A stretch of 32,084 bases of DNA, from the IMG/VR virus record IMGVR_UViG_2802429222_000004; one strand, given 5' to 3'. Positions 1 to 8,675 of the stretch are shown piece by piece. The DNA comes from a virus (taxonomy: Duplodnaviria; Heunggongvirae; Uroviricota; Caudoviricetes). Position numbers and translations under genes: made by a program. Position 1 is the first letter of the stretch; each line of letters opens with the position of its first letter. The notes under the pieces are model-generated. The model searched no databases. It saw nothing but the letters and a program-made list of their open reading frames with translations, and had not been told where the DNA came from.

Positions 1-1014
1 TTACTCTACTGTGGACACTGTGTGGACACTCTCGGACCCAGTACCACCTCTTAGCGGATTAAGAGAAATGGCGTCCTGAAGGTACTCTGGCGCAAAATGA
101 GCGTAAACCATAGTTTGCTCAATCCGCGTGTGACCTAGTATCCGTTGTAGCGTGATAATACTTCCTCCATTAATCATGAAATGAGTGGCAAAGCTGTGCC
201 TTAGTGCATGTGTGGCTTGCCCCATTGGCAAATCCGGTTTTATTGCTTTCATTGTTCGTCTGAAGCGAGGGTAATCAGCATCAGGGAATAAAAAACCTCG
301 TTTGTTATCCGCGATCATTTTGGCAACAGCCTCTGAGATCGGGACGGTGCGTGGTTTGTTTGTTTTCGTTTTAACAAACGTGACGCGGTTATGGATGATA
401 TTTTCTGCTTTCAAACGAGCTGCTTCTCCCCAACGTGCTCCAGTACTCAGGCAAAGAATCGCAATCTTTTTGTTGTCTCCGTCAAGAGCAGCAAGCAGTA
501 AGGCAATTTCTTCCTGCGTGAGATAGCCTGTGTCTGGTTTTTCCTCCTTAAGCCTTTTTGTCCCTCTGATAGGGTGCTCACCAAAGAATAACTCCGCTTC
601 AATCAGGGCTGTAAACATGCCGCTAATACATGTTAAATCACGATTGATACTCGAAGGTTTAATACCCTGACTTCTTCGGGTGGCGCAGTACTGGCTGATA
701 AGCGATTTCGTAATTTGAAATGCGCATGGGTCATTCGTTATTTTTGTGAAGATTTCAATTTTTCCAAGATTAGATTTCCCATGCTCTTCGTGTTTACCCT
801 TTAAATCCCACCAGATCTGTGTCAGCTCCGACAGACGTCGCTTGTCTGTTGGTTTTGATAGCCATTCTTTATTGTGGTGGTTGTACAACGTGTATTTCTC
901 GAAAGCGACAGCTTCGCTTTTCTTATCAAACTTCCTACGGATGCGTTTTCCATTACGTCCAGTAGGGCGGATGTCCACTTCATATCGACCATCATCGAGT
1001 TTTTTGATTGCCAT
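1..1014 (-). CDS. int: Tyrosine integrase (P2 Int-like, 337 aa)
   Basis: 337 aa, the same length as P2 Int. C-terminal catalytic region HALRHSFATHF...LGHTRIEQTMVYAH carries the R/H/Y signature of tyrosine recombinases. It sits at the prophage end pointing toward att. Confidence 0.9.
   Translation of the reverse strand: MAIKKLDDGRYEVDIRPTGRNGKRIRRKFDKKSEAVAFEKYTLYNHHNKEWLSKPTDKRRLSELTQIWWDLKGKHEEHGKSNLGKIEIFTKITNDPCAFQITKSLISQYCATRRSQGIKPSSINRDLTCISGMFTALIEAELFFGEHPIRGTKRLKEEKPDTGYLTQEEIALLLAALDGDNKKIAILCLSTGARWGEAARLKAENIIHNRVTFVKTKTNKPRTVPISEAVAKMIADNKRGFLFPDADYPRFRRTMKAIKPDLPMGQATHALRHSFATHFMINGGSIITLQRILGHTRIEQTMVYAHFAPEYLQDAISLNPLRGGTGSESVHTVSTVE
10..29. repeat. Direct repeat TGTGGACAC x2, candidate Int arm-type binding sites (P' arm)
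   Basis: TGTGGACAC at 10-18 and 21-29. Similar TGTGG(T/A)C motifs occur at 30491-30510 on the other prophage arm. Confidence 0.5.
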
Positions 1015-1129
1015 CAGAAAACCCTCCGAGTGGTGTGTTTTTTTGCGACTACTAATCGCTTTTTTCGTGGTGGCTGAAATTTAGCCACCAATAGTAGGCA
1101 CTTGTGATGAATATATTCACGATGAATTG

Positions 1130-1429
1130 TTAACCAGTCTTTTGACCGGAGTGGGGCGACGTTGTTTCGTTTTGCCCAAAGTGTGCGAGAGCGGGCGCAA
1201 TTTGCCCGGACTCAGGAGCGATCTGATTGGTCATGAACCATAAAGTGTATTTGGTGAATTGTGGGGTCTGCAGGATGTTCATCATGACATCTGTTGGAGG
1301 TGTTGAACGACCACTTTCATAGTAACTCAGCGTGCCATACGGAACCCCTGTTAAATCAGCAAGTTGTTGTCTGCTCAAATACTCTGATTTTCGCATTAAG
1401 ACTATCTTCTCGCTTATCGTGTTTGACAT
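1130..1429 (-). CDS. C: Immunity repressor C (P2 C-like, 99 aa)
   Basis: 99 aa with an HTH segment (SRQQLADLTGVPYGTLSYYESG). Divergent from cox and directly upstream of int, as in P2. Confidence 0.85.
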   Translation of the reverse strand: MSNTISEKIVLMRKSEYLSRQQLADLTGVPYGTLSYYESGRSTPPTDVMMNILQTPQFTKYTLWFMTNQIAPESGQIAPALAHFGQNETTSPHSGQKTG

Positions 1430-1543
1430 GGTGTTTAGATCTCAATAGTATTTAGTTTAGATGTAGATTGTTTAGTGCTTGGATGTGGGCACTAAAAGGC
1501 ATTATAAGACATTAAACGCAATTCATGAGGGCTAGAGGACGAC
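1430..1543. promoter_or_regulatory. Lysis-lysogeny switch region (divergent Pc/Pe promoters and C operator repeats)
   Basis: Intergenic region between divergent C and cox. GTTTAGAT is directly repeated at 1433-1440 and 1455-1462 (22-bp spacing, two helical turns), with more TTTAG motifs through 1477. Confidence 0.55.
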
Positions 1544-1819
1544 ATGAGCAAGCAAGTAACACTCATGACTGATGCGATTCCTTATCAGGAGTTCGCAAAA
1601 CTAATAGGAAAATCGACAGGAGCGGTTCGTCGGATGATCGATAAAGGAAAGCTGCCTGTAATTGATATGACCGATCCACAATCAGCTTCAGGTCGTGCAG
1701 GTGAATATTGGGTATACCTTCCGGCATGGAATAACGGACTAAAACTGGCTTATGAAAGCCGCCCTAAAGAGATTCGTGACGGCTGGTTGATGTGGTTAGG
1801 TCTCGGTGAACCACGTTAA
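1544..1819 (+). CDS. cox: Cox excisionase / directionality factor (91 aa)
   Basis: 91 aa, the same size as P2 Cox. First gene of the rightward early operon, opposite C. Confidence 0.85.
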   Translation: MSKQVTLMTDAIPYQEFAKLIGKSTGAVRRMIDKGKLPVIDMTDPQSASGRAGEYWVYLPAWNNGLKLAYESRPKEIRDGWLMWLGLGEPR

Positions 1820-2000
1820 GGAGAACCGTATGAATGAGCCTCGTTGTATTGCTCAGTTACTGCGTAACGAAAGCCCCAGGGCGATTGACTTCACCATCAC
1901 CCACGGTAAGGGGCGTAAGGGAATCATTATCCGCACCAAAAAACAGAGTCCGTTAAAAAAGGCTCTGACCTTTCTGAAAAGCCGGAGGGTATGGAAATGA
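1806..2000 (+). CDS. Small early protein (P2 orf78 position)
   Basis: 64-aa ORF overlapping the cox stop and the B start, at the position of P2 orf78. Confidence 0.5.
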   Translation: MNHVKENRMNEPRCIAQLLRNESPRAIDFTITHGKGRKGIIIRTKKQSPLKKALTFLKSRRVWK

Positions 2001-2497
2001 CAGTGATGACGCTTAATCTCGTTGAAAAACAGCCAGCAGCTATGCGCCGGATAATTGGTAAGCATCTGGCCGTCCCTCGCTGGCAGGAGACATGCGATTA
2101 TTATAATCAGATGATGGAACGCGAACGGCTAACGGTTTGCTTTCATGCGCAGTTAAAACAGCGTCACGCAACGATGCGTTTTGAAGAAATGAACGACGTC
2201 GAACGTGAACGACTGGTATGTGCAATTGATGAATTGCGTGGGGCATTCTCAAAACGCCGTCAGGTCGGTGCAAGTGAGTATGCATATATTAGTTTTTTAA
2301 CAGTCAGTCAGCGTCGTACTTTATTTATGCATGCGGGATTGACAGAAAAAGAATTCAATCAGCCGTACTGGCGCATTAATGAAGAATCATGTTACTGGCG
2401 TGATGCTTTATTCCGTGCATTACGTGAATTATTCAGCCTGTTTGAGTATGCACCGACAATTCTGACGGCGGTAAAACCAGAGCAATATCTGCATTAA
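1991..2497 (+). CDS. B: Replication protein B (DnaB helicase loader-like, 168 aa)
   Basis: Position after cox and a size close to P2 B (166 aa). Confidence 0.75.
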   Translation: MEMTVMTLNLVEKQPAAMRRIIGKHLAVPRWQETCDYYNQMMERERLTVCFHAQLKQRHATMRFEEMNDVERERLVCAIDELRGAFSKRRQVGASEYAYISFLTVSQRRTLFMHAGLTEKEFNQPYWRINEESCYWRDALFRALRELFSLFEYAPTILTAVKPEQYLH

Positions 2498-2561
2498 ATA
2501 ATTAACCAGAGTTTTTAACGCACTTAATCGTGCGGGGGCTTCTTTTTGCCTGGAGAAAGTC

Positions 2562-2786
2562 ATGCATACAGTTTCTGAAAATCAGTGCGATAAATACGCA
2601 TTACTGCTGAAACAGGCCAGAACAGAAGCACAGGCCGACGCTGCGACGCGCTTTTCTTCTCATCTTGACGCCATGATTCGCCACATCACAAAGGCGGAGT
2701 TATCCCGCGTGGAGATAGTCGAGCTGCTCAGTCAGGAGTCGGAAAAATTTCACAATATCGGATTGTCTCGCGGGGAGGTGCTTTGA
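2562..2786 (+). CDS. Early hypothetical protein (P2 orf80 position)
   Basis: 74-aa ORF in the early operon between B and A. Confidence 0.6.
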   Translation: MHTVSENQCDKYALLLKQARTEAQADAATRFSSHLDAMIRHITKAELSRVEIVELLSQESEKFHNIGLSRGEVL

Positions 2787-3085
2787 TGTCCTGTTCTCGT
2801 TCGGTTGTATTACTGAATAACGCCTTAAAAATAGCTGTTATGGAAAATGGTGATTTGTCTCTTATTCAACTTTGTCTTGATAAAGAAAAACGCGACATAA
2901 CTGAATCTGTTATCGCGATTTATCAGAATGAATTAAACCTCCTGTCTGATGTGGTCAATTTACTTGTTAAACGCGCTGTGTTCCACAAACAAATTTCCTC
3001 AGTGGATGAACTGACAAAATTAACGACAGAACTCGCCAGTTATTGCGCTGATGTATCCAGGAAACTTAACGATAAAAGGAGCTGA
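2783..3085 (+). CDS. Early hypothetical protein (P2 orf81 position)
   Basis: 100-aa ORF whose start overlaps the preceding stop (translational coupling). Confidence 0.6.
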   Translation: MMSCSRSVVLLNNALKIAVMENGDLSLIQLCLDKEKRDITESVIAIYQNELNLLSDVVNLLVKRAVFHKQISSVDELTKLTTELASYCADVSRKLNDKRS

Positions 3086-3087
3086 TA

Positions 3088-3312
3088 ATGCCGGACAACG
3101 TAGATTTTATTCAGGAACAACAGGCTGAATTACTGGAGCGCCAGATTAACGCGGCAAGGGTAAAACATTGCTGTGCTTCTGCGCTGGTTTGCGAAGAGTG
3201 TGACACGCCAATACCTGCTGCCCGTCGTGCGGCTTACCCGTCAGCCACGCGTTGTGTTTCCTGCCAGTCAGTCTTTGAAGCAAAAAACAAGCATTACCGG
3301 AGAATGGCATGA
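3088..3312 (+). CDS. TraR/DksA-like C4 zinc-finger protein (P2 orf82 position)
   Basis: 74 aa with CxxC...CxxC (CEECDTPIPAARRAAYPSATRCVSCQ), typical of the TraR/DksA C4 zinc-finger family. Confidence 0.7.
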   Translation: MPDNVDFIQEQQAELLERQINAARVKHCCASALVCEECDTPIPAARRAAYPSATRCVSCQSVFEAKNKHYRRMA

Positions 3313-3584
3313 GTATTCGTATCGAAATTGGCGAACGTTATGTCGTTACCAGTGACAGCTTTCAGTTTATTCTCCACGAGAAAAAGAGAGCGGAAAGCGG
3401 TAAAAACGCCGGTCAGGAATGGCTGGCGGTGGTTGGTTATTATCCGAAATTAAGCCAGCTCGTTTCCGGCCTGATGCATCACGATATTCTGACCGGAAGC
3501 GCAAAGTCTTTTGCTGATTTAAACGCGCAGGTTGAGCAACTCAGCAGGCGTTGTTCAGAGGCTTTTGGCTCATATGGACGTTAA
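3309..3584 (+). CDS. Early hypothetical protein (P2 orf83 position)
   Basis: 91-aa ORF coupled to the flanking genes. Confidence 0.6.
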   Translation: MSIRIEIGERYVVTSDSFQFILHEKKRAESGKNAGQEWLAVVGYYPKLSQLVSGLMHHDILTGSAKSFADLNAQVEQLSRRCSEAFGSYGR

Positions 3585-5844
3585 AGCCTCCGGGCGTTTT
3601 GTCCCTCCGTCAGCATTTGCCGCAGGCACCGGTAAGGCGTTTACCGGTGCTTATGCATGGAACGCGCCACGCGAGGCTGTCGGGCGCGAAAGACCCCTTA
3701 CACGTGACGAGATGCGTCAGGTGCAAGGTGTTTTATCCACGATTAACCGCCTGCCTTACTTTTTGCGCTCGCTGTTTACTTCACGCTATGACTACATCCG
3801 GCGCAATAAAAGCCCGGTGCACGGGTTTTATTTCCTCACATCCACTTTTCAGCGTCGTTTATGGCCGCGCATTGAGCGTGTGAATCAGCGCCATGAAATG
3901 AACACCGACGCGTCGTTGCTGTTTCTGGCAGAGCGCGACCAGTATGCGCGCCTGCCGGGGATGAATGACAAGGAGCTGAAAAAGTTTGCTGCCCGTATCT
4001 CATCGCAGCTTTTCATGATGTATGAGGAACTCTGCGATGCCTGGGTTGATGCACATGGCGAAAAAGAATCACTGTTTACGGATGAGGCTCAGGATCACCT
4101 GTATGGTCATGTTGCTGGCGCTGCACGAGCTTTCAATATTTCCCCTCTCTACTGGAAAAAATACCGTAAAGGACAGATGACCACGAGGCAGGCATATTCT
4201 GCCATTGCCCGTCTGTTTAACGATGAGTGGTGGACTCATCAGCTTAAAGGCCAGCGTATGCGCTGGCATGAGGCGTTACTGATTGCTGTCGGGGAGGTCA
4301 ATAAAGACCGTTCTCCTTATGCCAGTAAACATGCCATTCGTGATGTGCGTGCGCGCCGCCAGGCAAATCTGGAGTTTCTTAAATCATGTGACCTTGAAAA
4401 CAGGGAAACCGGCGAGCGCATCGACCTTATCAGTAAGGTGATGGGCAGTATTTCTAATCCTGAAATTCGCCGGATGGAGCTGATGAACACCATTGCCGGT
4501 ATTGAGCGTTACGCCGTCGCAGAGGGTGATGTGGGGATGTTTATCACGCTGACCACGCCGTCAAAGTATCACCCGACACGTCAGGTCGGAAAAGGAGAAA
4601 GTAAAACCGTCCAGCTTAATCACGGCTGGAACGATGAGGCATTTAATCCGAAGGATGCGCAGCGTTATCTCTGCCGTATCTGGAGCCTGATGCGCACGGC
4701 ATTCAAGGATAATGATTTACAGGTCTACGGTTTGCGTGTCGTCGAGCCACACCACGACGGAACGCCGCACTGGCATATGATGCTTTTTTGTAATCCACGC
4801 CAGCGTAACCAGATTATCGAAATCATGCGTCGCTATGCGCTCAAAGAGGATGGTAACGAAAGAGGAGCCGCGCGAAACCGTTTTCAGGCAAAACACCTTA
4901 ACCGGGGCGGTGCTGCGGGATATATCGCAAAATACATCTCAAAAAATATCGACGGCTATGCACTGGATGGTCAGCTCGATAACGATACCGGCAGGCCGCT
5001 GAAAGACACTGCAGCGGCTGTTACCGCATGGGCGTCAACGTGGCGTATCCCGCAATTTAAAACGGTTGGCCTGCCGACAATGGGCGCTTACCGTGAACTA
5101 CGCAAATTGCCTCGCGGCGTCAGCATTGCTGATGAGTTTGACGAACGCGTCGAGGCTGCACGCGCCGCCGCAGACAGTGGTGATTTTGCGTTGTATATCA
5201 GCGCGCAGGGTGGGGCAAATGTTCCGCGCGATTGTCAGACTGTCAGGGTTGCCCGTAGTCCGTCGGATGAAGTTAACGAGTACGAGGAAGAAGTCGAGAG
5301 AGTGGTCGGCATTTACGCGCCGCATCTCGGCGCGCGTCATATTCATATCACCAGAACGACGGACTGGCGCATTGTTCCGAAAGTGCCGGTCGTTGAGCCT
5401 TTGACTTTAAAAAGCGGCATCGCCGCGCCTCGGAGTCCTGTCAATAACTGTGGAAAGCTTGCCGACGGTGGCGATCCAGTTATGACACCTACGCCGTCTG
5501 AGCATGCCGCAGCGGTGCTAAATCTTGTCGATGATGGGGTTATTGCATGGGATGACCCCGAAGTTGTGACGGTGCTCAGGAGTGCATTAAAACACGGCGC
5601 GCCGCAGCAAAATCGACAGCAAAGAAGCGATGAGCCATTAAAATCGAATCAGATAGCACCATCAGGGCGAATGACAAAAGCCGAGAGGGCTCAGATTCCG
5701 CGCATCCGCTTCGAACTGGCGCAGCAGGGTATCACGCCGCAGCGGTGGGAACTTCAGGCGCTGGCTCGTGGCGGAATAGTGGTTTATGGCGAAAAAAGAT
5801 TTGTATACCCGATAGCGGACGAGTGGGTGAAGCATGAAGGGTGA
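3574..5844 (+). CDS. A: Rolling-circle replication initiator endonuclease A
   Basis: Large ORF (track 3532..5844) at the position of P2 A. The ATG at 3574 (MDVKASGRF...) gives about 756 aa, close to P2 A (761 aa). The exact start is uncertain. Confidence 0.85.
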   Translation: MDVKASGRFVPPSAFAAGTGKAFTGAYAWNAPREAVGRERPLTRDEMRQVQGVLSTINRLPYFLRSLFTSRYDYIRRNKSPVHGFYFLTSTFQRRLWPRIERVNQRHEMNTDASLLFLAERDQYARLPGMNDKELKKFAARISSQLFMMYEELCDAWVDAHGEKESLFTDEAQDHLYGHVAGAARAFNISPLYWKKYRKGQMTTRQAYSAIARLFNDEWWTHQLKGQRMRWHEALLIAVGEVNKDRSPYASKHAIRDVRARRQANLEFLKSCDLENRETGERIDLISKVMGSISNPEIRRMELMNTIAGIERYAVAEGDVGMFITLTTPSKYHPTRQVGKGESKTVQLNHGWNDEAFNPKDAQRYLCRIWSLMRTAFKDNDLQVYGLRVVEPHHDGTPHWHMMLFCNPRQRNQIIEIMRRYALKEDGNERGAARNRFQAKHLNRGGAAGYIAKYISKNIDGYALDGQLDNDTGRPLKDTAAAVTAWASTWRIPQFKTVGLPTMGAYRELRKLPRGVSIADEFDERVEAARAAADSGDFALYISAQGGANVPRDCQTVRVARSPSDEVNEYEEEVERVVGIYAPHLGARHIHITRTTDWRIVPKVPVVEPLTLKSGIAAPRSPVNNCGKLADGGDPVMTPTPSEHAAAVLNLVDDGVIAWDDPEVVTVLRSALKHGAPQQNRQQRSDEPLKSNQIAPSGRMTKAERAQIPRIRFELAQQGITPQRWELQALARGGIVVYGEKRFVYPIADEWVKHEG

Positions 5845-6170
5845 TTTATATCCATCTAAATCATGATGTTATGATGGCCGTGTGAGTTCTTTTCTGATTG
5901 GGGCTGCGTTCGACGGCTTGAAATGTTGTAAATGCTCATAATCTGGTTTAAAGTGTTTTTATGCCAACGACTAGGAGCATCTCCAGTCATAAATGTTGGC
6001 CTCTACAGGCCTTTATATAGTGTTGCTCTTGTACTGCCTTCTCTTTCGAGAGAAGGTATGTACAAGAAGTAAAGCCTGCGAAGGGAGGGTGTCTGGGGTG
6101 AGGAAAGACTGAGAGTTAAAGCATTCATCTTAGAATCCATTCAACTCAAAAAACAAAAGCTCAGCCAACG
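5845..6170 (+). ncRNA. Putative retron msr-msd non-coding RNA region (boundaries not resolved)
   Basis: About 330 bp of non-coding DNA directly upstream of a retron-sized RT. It contains a 39-nt hairpin at 6028-6066 (stems CTTGTAC/GTACAAG and CCTTCTCT/AGAGAAGG, TTCG loop), a GGCC-TCTACA-GGCC hairpin at 5998-6011, and a -35-like TTGAAA at 5918-5923. Confidence 0.4.
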
Positions 6171-7160
6171 ATGAAACCCCTTAGTCTCGAAAAAGCCTTC
6201 AATATTGCATTCTTCGAAAAAGATTCCTTTCAAAACTTTCTTTCGTTTGAACCATTTCAACAAACTAAATTTATAACCTTTGATGAAAGGTTAATTGCTG
6301 AGCCCACTTCTAAACTAAAAGAGTATCACAAATTCATAAATGAATTTGTTCTTTCATACTTGAAAGTAAATAAGGATGTTGTGTTTTCGTATAGAAAAGG
6401 AAGCAGCACTTATGATGCAGTAAAACTTCACGCCTGTAGTAAGATATTCTTCAATACTGATATTAAAAGCTTTTTCCCATCGATAACTCGTGAATATGCA
6501 CGATCAGTTTTAGTTGATAACTTATCGAACGTTCCCATTTCCGATTTAAATATACACTTGGATAAAATTTTAGATTATATTATTATCGATAATTCGTTGC
6601 CTGTAGGGTTCCCGACATCACCAGCTTTCAGCAATGCATGTTTATATGACTTTGATGTTGAGATGCAGCAATATTGTATTAACCATGAATATATATTCAC
6701 ACGCTATTCAGATGATATTATTATTTCCTCTGAAAATGATGAGGGCTTTGAGAATATTCATTCTGTAGTAAGTGACCTGCTGGGTGAGTTTGGGAAGGGA
6801 CATTTCAAACTAAACTCAGCAAAAACTAAATTGATTAAAAAAGGCAGTAAGATTAAGCTGCTGGGGATGGTTATTTTACCGTCTCAGATAGTCTCTGTTG
6901 ATATTAAAATAAAAAGAAAGCTTGAGCATTTGATTCATTTTTATGTAACGGATAAAGATAAATTTATAGATTCTATAATAAAAGATCCTAAGGTTAAAAC
7001 TAGCGGATTGAATGATAGTGAGATCTTGGAAAAGGGCGTTAATACAGTTTCTGGTCTTTTGAATCATATAAACACAATTGATAAGAGTTATCTCGATAAG
7101 CTAAAGAGAAAATACGGAAATACGATTGTCGATATGCTTTTTTACAAGAATGTAAATTAA
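6171..7160 (+). CDS. Reverse transcriptase, retron-type size (329 aa)
   Basis: RT motifs read directly: TDIKSFFPSI (domain 1/2), LPVGFPTSPAFSNACL (domain 4), and catalytic YSDD within IFTRYSDDIIIS (nt 6705-6716). Low GC compared with the flanking phage genes. Confidence 0.8.
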   Translation: MKPLSLEKAFNIAFFEKDSFQNFLSFEPFQQTKFITFDERLIAEPTSKLKEYHKFINEFVLSYLKVNKDVVFSYRKGSSTYDAVKLHACSKIFFNTDIKSFFPSITREYARSVLVDNLSNVPISDLNIHLDKILDYIIIDNSLPVGFPTSPAFSNACLYDFDVEMQQYCINHEYIFTRYSDDIIISSENDEGFENIHSVVSDLLGEFGKGHFKLNSAKTKLIKKGSKIKLLGMVILPSQIVSVDIKIKRKLEHLIHFYVTDKDKFIDSIIKDPKVKTSGLNDSEILEKGVNTVSGLLNHINTIDKSYLDKLKRKYGNTIVDMLFYKNVN

Positions 7161-7161
7161 A

Positions 7162-8514
7162 ATGAAAATAAACATTGAGATCTCGAAAATCCAGCATGTT
7201 GAACATATGTCATTTGCTATTGATCTTTCTGAAAATAAACTGACTTGCATTGTAGGAAAGAACGGTGCTGGAAAGACAACGCTAATCAAAGCAATTAAAA
7301 ATTTACAATCAGCAGATACATTCATAAAGACATCTTCTAGATATATATTCAATCCTGACAGTAGTATAGTATATAATATTAATGATCAAGATATAGTATA
7401 TGTCTATGATGAGAATTTGAAGGTAATAGATACTAAGCAAATAATTCCAGCAGATATAAAATCCAATCTTTATGTCGAGTTGCCCATTCCTCATGGAATG
7501 AGGTTCAATAACTTCCCAACACTTAGTAAAATTGATACTGAACTTAGAAAAAGTATTGCGTTTGAAAGCTATAGCGTTCCCGAGGATTTGATAAATATAC
7601 TCAATGAGGTATATCAGTCTTCTTCTTACAATAATCTTAAAGCATTTTCTGTAAAAAATGAAATTTTCTATTTCAGATTGAATGAGAACGGAACATACAT
7701 AAGGGAGGATTACTTTAGCTCGGGTGAGTATTTTATTTTGAATTTATTTAGAATGATTGAGCTCAAAAGAAAATTCATTGTCATAGATGAGATAGATATA
7801 TCACTAGACTCTTCGGCGCAAGTCCATCTTATAGCAGTGCTAAGGAAATATTGTCAGAGACACTCGGTGAATATTGTATTCACAACACATTCACTTGCTT
7901 TAATGCAAACGCTGAATGATGATGAATTGTACTATATGTGCGAAGGTGATGCTGGAACTACAATTACAAATCGATCATATAATTATATAAAAAGTACGCT
8001 TTTTGGATTTAAAGGATGGGATAAGTACATTCTTACTGAAGATGAAGTTCTGCAAAATTTCTTAGAATATATAATTAATGCTCCTGGGAGTGATTACTTC
8101 TACGAATATAAAATAATATATGTTGGTGGAGGAACTAATGTCATTGATTTAATGCGTCGTAATGAGAGAGAGAGCTTTCTCACGACTCAACAGAATGTGA
8201 TCTCAGTGTTAGACGGAGATCAATTAGGTCAAAGGCATGCTCGAGGTGAAAATATTTTATGCATACCTTTCCAAAGCGTTGAGAAGGATTTCTATCAAGC
8301 ATACGGCCAAGATGAATCGATCCCGAGAGTTACAACTAGAGGTAACGATAAACTTGATAAGCAAGTTTATCGAGGGGTAGTGAAAACCTATGACAACGGT
8401 TGGGATGAAACTAGGATTTTTGAATACCTTGAGAGGTTAAAGCCTGATGAATGTGAGGCTTTCAGGCAAAAAATTAGAGCATTTCTCCAAAGAAATATTT
8501 CGGCAGAGGGTTGA
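7162..8514 (+). CDS. OLD-family ABC ATPase with C-terminal TOPRIM-like domain (450 aa)
   Basis: Walker A GKNGAGKTT (nt 7255-7281), signature-like FSSGEY, Walker B FIVIDEID, H-loop TTHSLA. The C-terminal half has TOPRIM-like motifs YILTEDE, VGGGTN and VLDGDQ. The start is 2 nt after the RT stop, so the two are one operon. Confidence 0.75.
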   Translation: MKINIEISKIQHVEHMSFAIDLSENKLTCIVGKNGAGKTTLIKAIKNLQSADTFIKTSSRYIFNPDSSIVYNINDQDIVYVYDENLKVIDTKQIIPADIKSNLYVELPIPHGMRFNNFPTLSKIDTELRKSIAFESYSVPEDLINILNEVYQSSSYNNLKAFSVKNEIFYFRLNENGTYIREDYFSSGEYFILNLFRMIELKRKFIVIDEIDISLDSSAQVHLIAVLRKYCQRHSVNIVFTTHSLALMQTLNDDELYYMCEGDAGTTITNRSYNYIKSTLFGFKGWDKYILTEDEVLQNFLEYIINAPGSDYFYEYKIIYVGGGTNVIDLMRRNERESFLTTQQNVISVLDGDQLGQRHARGENILCIPFQSVEKDFYQAYGQDESIPRVTTRGNDKLDKQVYRGVVKTYDNGWDETRIFEYLERLKPDECEAFRQKIRAFLQRNISAEG

Positions 8515-8656
8515 ATATAAGCTTCGGGATCTCATGCCTCTCTATCTGCATGAAATTGCATTTGATAATTCCTATTTTTCTCGTGAACTGTGTCACGTTA
8601 GGCGCAGCTCAGGGCTCATAATGCATCTGCATTAAAACCGCCCCACGAAGCGGGCG

Positions 8657-8675
8657 GGCGAGGCGGGGAAAGCAC
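8657..8675. other. cos site (19-nt cohesive end GGCGAGGCGGGGAAAGCAC)
   Basis: Matches the P2 cohesive-end sequence as I recall it, and lies about 170 bp from the end of Q, as in P2. Confidence 0.6.

Noticed and set aside
3532-3573. N-terminal extension of A and long upstream starts for P, O, L, X and ogr given by the ORF track
   Set aside because: Internal ATGs give protein lengths matching the P2 counterparts and avoid large overlaps with upstream genes. The track's longest-ORF starts are probably over-extended.
3551-3883. 110-aa ORF in an alternate frame at the start of A
   Set aside because: Entirely inside the A replication gene on the same strand. No independent support.
8447-8635. 62-aa plus-strand ORF overlapping the 3' end of the OLD-like gene and running toward cos
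   Set aside because: It overlaps a well-supported CDS in another frame, has no RBS context, and its tail lies in the cos-proximal GC-rich structure. Most likely spurious.
8639-8657. CCGCCC-N-GGGCGG hairpin just upstream of cos, possible terminator for the RT-OLD operon
   Set aside because: No downstream T-tract on the plus strand. More likely part of the cos-flanking structure, so it is not called as a terminator.
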